A DNA stretch of 36,544 nt from Macrostomum lignano (lineage: Eukaryota): assembly GCA_002269645.1 (NCBI GenBank), contig NIVC01003310.1, positions 1 to 36,544 of the forward strand, given 5' to 3'. Shown here in pieces: positions 34,580 through 36,544 of this stretch (within the stretch, counting starts at the first letter, position 1; each line of letters starts with the position of its first letter). The notes below the pieces were generated by a model. That model was given only the letters and a program-made list of their open reading frames with translations, ran no database searches and was not told the DNA's origin. A program made the position numbers and the translations under genes.

Positions 34580-35518
34580 AGAGCTGCGACGAGACGTAAT
34601 GCGAGTGTCCAGAAGAAAATTTAGCTTAGCAGGTCGGATCAACAGAATTGGAGAAAATAAAATTGAAGATGGCCCTAAAATAGGTGCAAAATATTCCAAC
34701 TGGTGGAATTCCAAACCAACCAGAGGAAATAAAATTCAACCACTGGAATTGAGCCATCACCCCCGTGCACTCTAAGGTGGCACACAGAGTTGGGATGGGC
34801 GCATGAATCAAGGAGTCATAAAATAGATAACCGCGCGGCAGGGGTCCAAAATCAGAATGAATGAATGGGGCGCCTCACACGGCTCACAAAACAGGTTGGC
34901 GGTTAGAGAGAGGGGGGGGCTGAACATTCGCATAAACAGTAGTTTAGAAAAATAGTAAGAACATAGGTAGTTCCTAAAAATTAGAATAGCAGATAGATAC
35001 AGGCATAGTGACTGAGTTAGAATTTGGATCTCCATAAGGAGTTACACAAAACGGCAAAAGGCACTAGGAAGGGGCTGGACAGGCGCCCTTACAAATTTTC
35101 CCAGGCTCGGCTTGGTCAGAACAAAGAAAAAGGGGGCCGTTCACCTCAGATGCCCTCCGCTGAGGACAAGGCCTAGAGCCAGGGTGGCTAGACCTGAGCG
35201 GGGCAAACGACTGTGGCACCAGAGCAACATTGGCTTGCAAAAATTAAAAAAAATACCTTCAGCCACAAGCAAGGACTGCAAGGTTTACGATTGAAATATA
35301 ACTTCGCAAAGTTAATGACACGCAATTGAGCAAATTAATGAATTGCATGCGGATAAGTAATTGTCGCGTAGGTGCTGGCTTTTCCCATCAAGCCTAAGGC
35401 TAAATATCAGAACGCAGAAGTGCAGGTCGCGTTGAATAAATATGGGCACCAATTGAGCATGAGCACAATGTACAAAGGCTTTTGACCGGAAAGCGTAAGG
35501 AGCAGAAATGGAAAAAAA

Positions 35519-35760
35519 ATTAGTTGCTTTTGCCCTCAAGCATAAGGAAAGTACATTGAGAAACACTGCTTTTGCCATCAAGCATAAGGGAAGTACAGAA
35601 ATTAATTGCTTTTGCCCTCAAGCATAAGGAAAGTACAGAAAATTAGTTGCTTTTGCCCTCAGCATAAGGAAAGTACAGAAAATTAATTGCTTTTGCCCTC
35701 AAGCATAAGGAAAGTACAGAAAATTTGTTGCTTTTATCCCTCAAGCATAAGGAAAATAAA
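35519..35760. repeat. Six ~40-41-bp tandem repeats in the spacer after Gypsy pol
   Basis: AATTA(G/A)TTGCTTTTGCCCTCAAGCATAAGGAAAGTACAGAA-like units begin at about 35519, 35560, 35600, 35641, 35681 and 35722. Confidence 0.93.
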
Positions 35761-35923
35761 ATTGAACTGGAAAATTGAAATCTGCTTTCAGCACAGAACA
35801 GGTACAGAGAAAGCTTACCGCAAAATTAAAATCGGAACGCGTTCACAAATTAGACTACTACTAGTAATGCGCATCAAAAGTTAGCAACTTGGCGCAACAG
35901 AAAATTCATTGGTAAATACCTTT

Positions 35924-36544
35924 TCAGATCTCCATTTCCATGCCGATGTCAGGCAGATCCGGGTCGCCTTCGGCGAGCACTTCCGGATGGCGGAGGCTTG
36001 GCTCAAACAGCTGACTGCCTCGCAGGTCTAGCTGAGTTGTGGCCGGCTGCTCTGGCGTGGGCTGATTGGCTGGGTCGACTTCGCTGTCTTCGCTCGACTC
36101 ATAGGGCAGCATTGGCCGCTCTGTTTGGCGCGGTGGCTCCTGTGGTCGATCCGCCATCATCTGCGGCACCTTAATTATGTTGTTGCGATGTACCAACATT
36201 TCGGCGGGGTGTCCTCGTCGGGCAGTTGCTGGCTGGATCCAATAAGCTACTTCACCGACCTTTCTGTTGACCTGTACATACTCTTGTATGGCCGGTGGAA
36301 CTTGGGCAGCTCACCCAACTCGAGCTTCGGGTTGGCCAGGCAGACCAGATCTCCGGGCTGCAGTTCCACGGGCTTGGGTCGGTTCTCGTAGTATTCTTCG
36401 CGGCGTTGGATCTCGGCTCGCAATCACTGTCGCACAATTCTCTCGGTCTCGGCCAGTCTGCGCTGATGCTTCGCGATGTACTCGGGGATGTCCGCGAGAT
36501 ACGTCCAGGCGGTCTAGGGTGTTATCGATCGCCGGTACCAATAA
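35924..36544 (-). mobile_element. 3' end of Ty3/Gypsy pol (integrase C-terminal GPY/F-SH3-like module), decayed; continues beyond the window
   Basis: The minus strand translates EYYENRPKPVELQPGDLVCLANPKLELGELPKFHRPYKSMYR/VNRKVGEVAYWI...EMLVHRNNIIKV, matching the Gypsy pattern (F/L)QPGDLV..PK...GPY.V...Y.I..VH.N.LK. In-frame TGA at 36424-36426, a frameshift at about 36271, and a Pro/Glu-rich tail to the stop at 35924. Confidence 0.85.

Noticed and set aside
33285-34925. Polypurine-tract-like runs GGGGGAGGG (about 33286) and AGAGAGAGGGGGGGG (about 34905) as the PPT of the Gypsy element
   Set aside because: They are on the + strand, whereas pol is on the - strand. No matching TG...CA LTR could be delimited.

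Overview
This window is animal genomic DNA, not prokaryotic. The evidence is GT-AG introns, a RASL10-type GTPase, TTAGGG-type repeats, and SINE, hAT, Helitron and Gypsy elements. The species cannot be read from the sequence; the very long (GTCT)n and purine-rich arrays are reminiscent of repeat-rich invertebrate genomes such as free-living flatworms, but that is only a guess. Genes: (1) the last exon of an ALK/LTK-type glycine-rich-domain protein (791-1179); (2) an intronless RASL10-like GTPase whose conserved CAAX tail (ALRRNQCCVM*) lies in another frame because of a 1-bp deletion near 8790; (3) three same-strand copies of a RING-less Cys/His-motif + coiled-coil + probable beta-propeller (TRIM-like) family, one heavily decayed (~14.9-16.0 kb, absent from the ORF track), one intact (17030-18583) and one frameshifted (23330-~25031); (4) an ankyrin-repeat gene whose two ORF-track pieces join in phase through a 52-nt micro-exon. 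Mobile DNA: two hAT MITEs with TIRs and 8-bp TSDs, a Buster-type hAT end, another MITE, a tRNA-SINE, a head-to-tail trimer of non-autonomous Helitron-like elements carrying telomeric repeats and internal minisatellites (25.1-30.25 kb), and the 3' part of a decayed Gypsy element with an unexplained extra ORF downstream of integrase. All identifications are by eye, without database searches. Most long ORFs in the track are artefacts of simple repeats.
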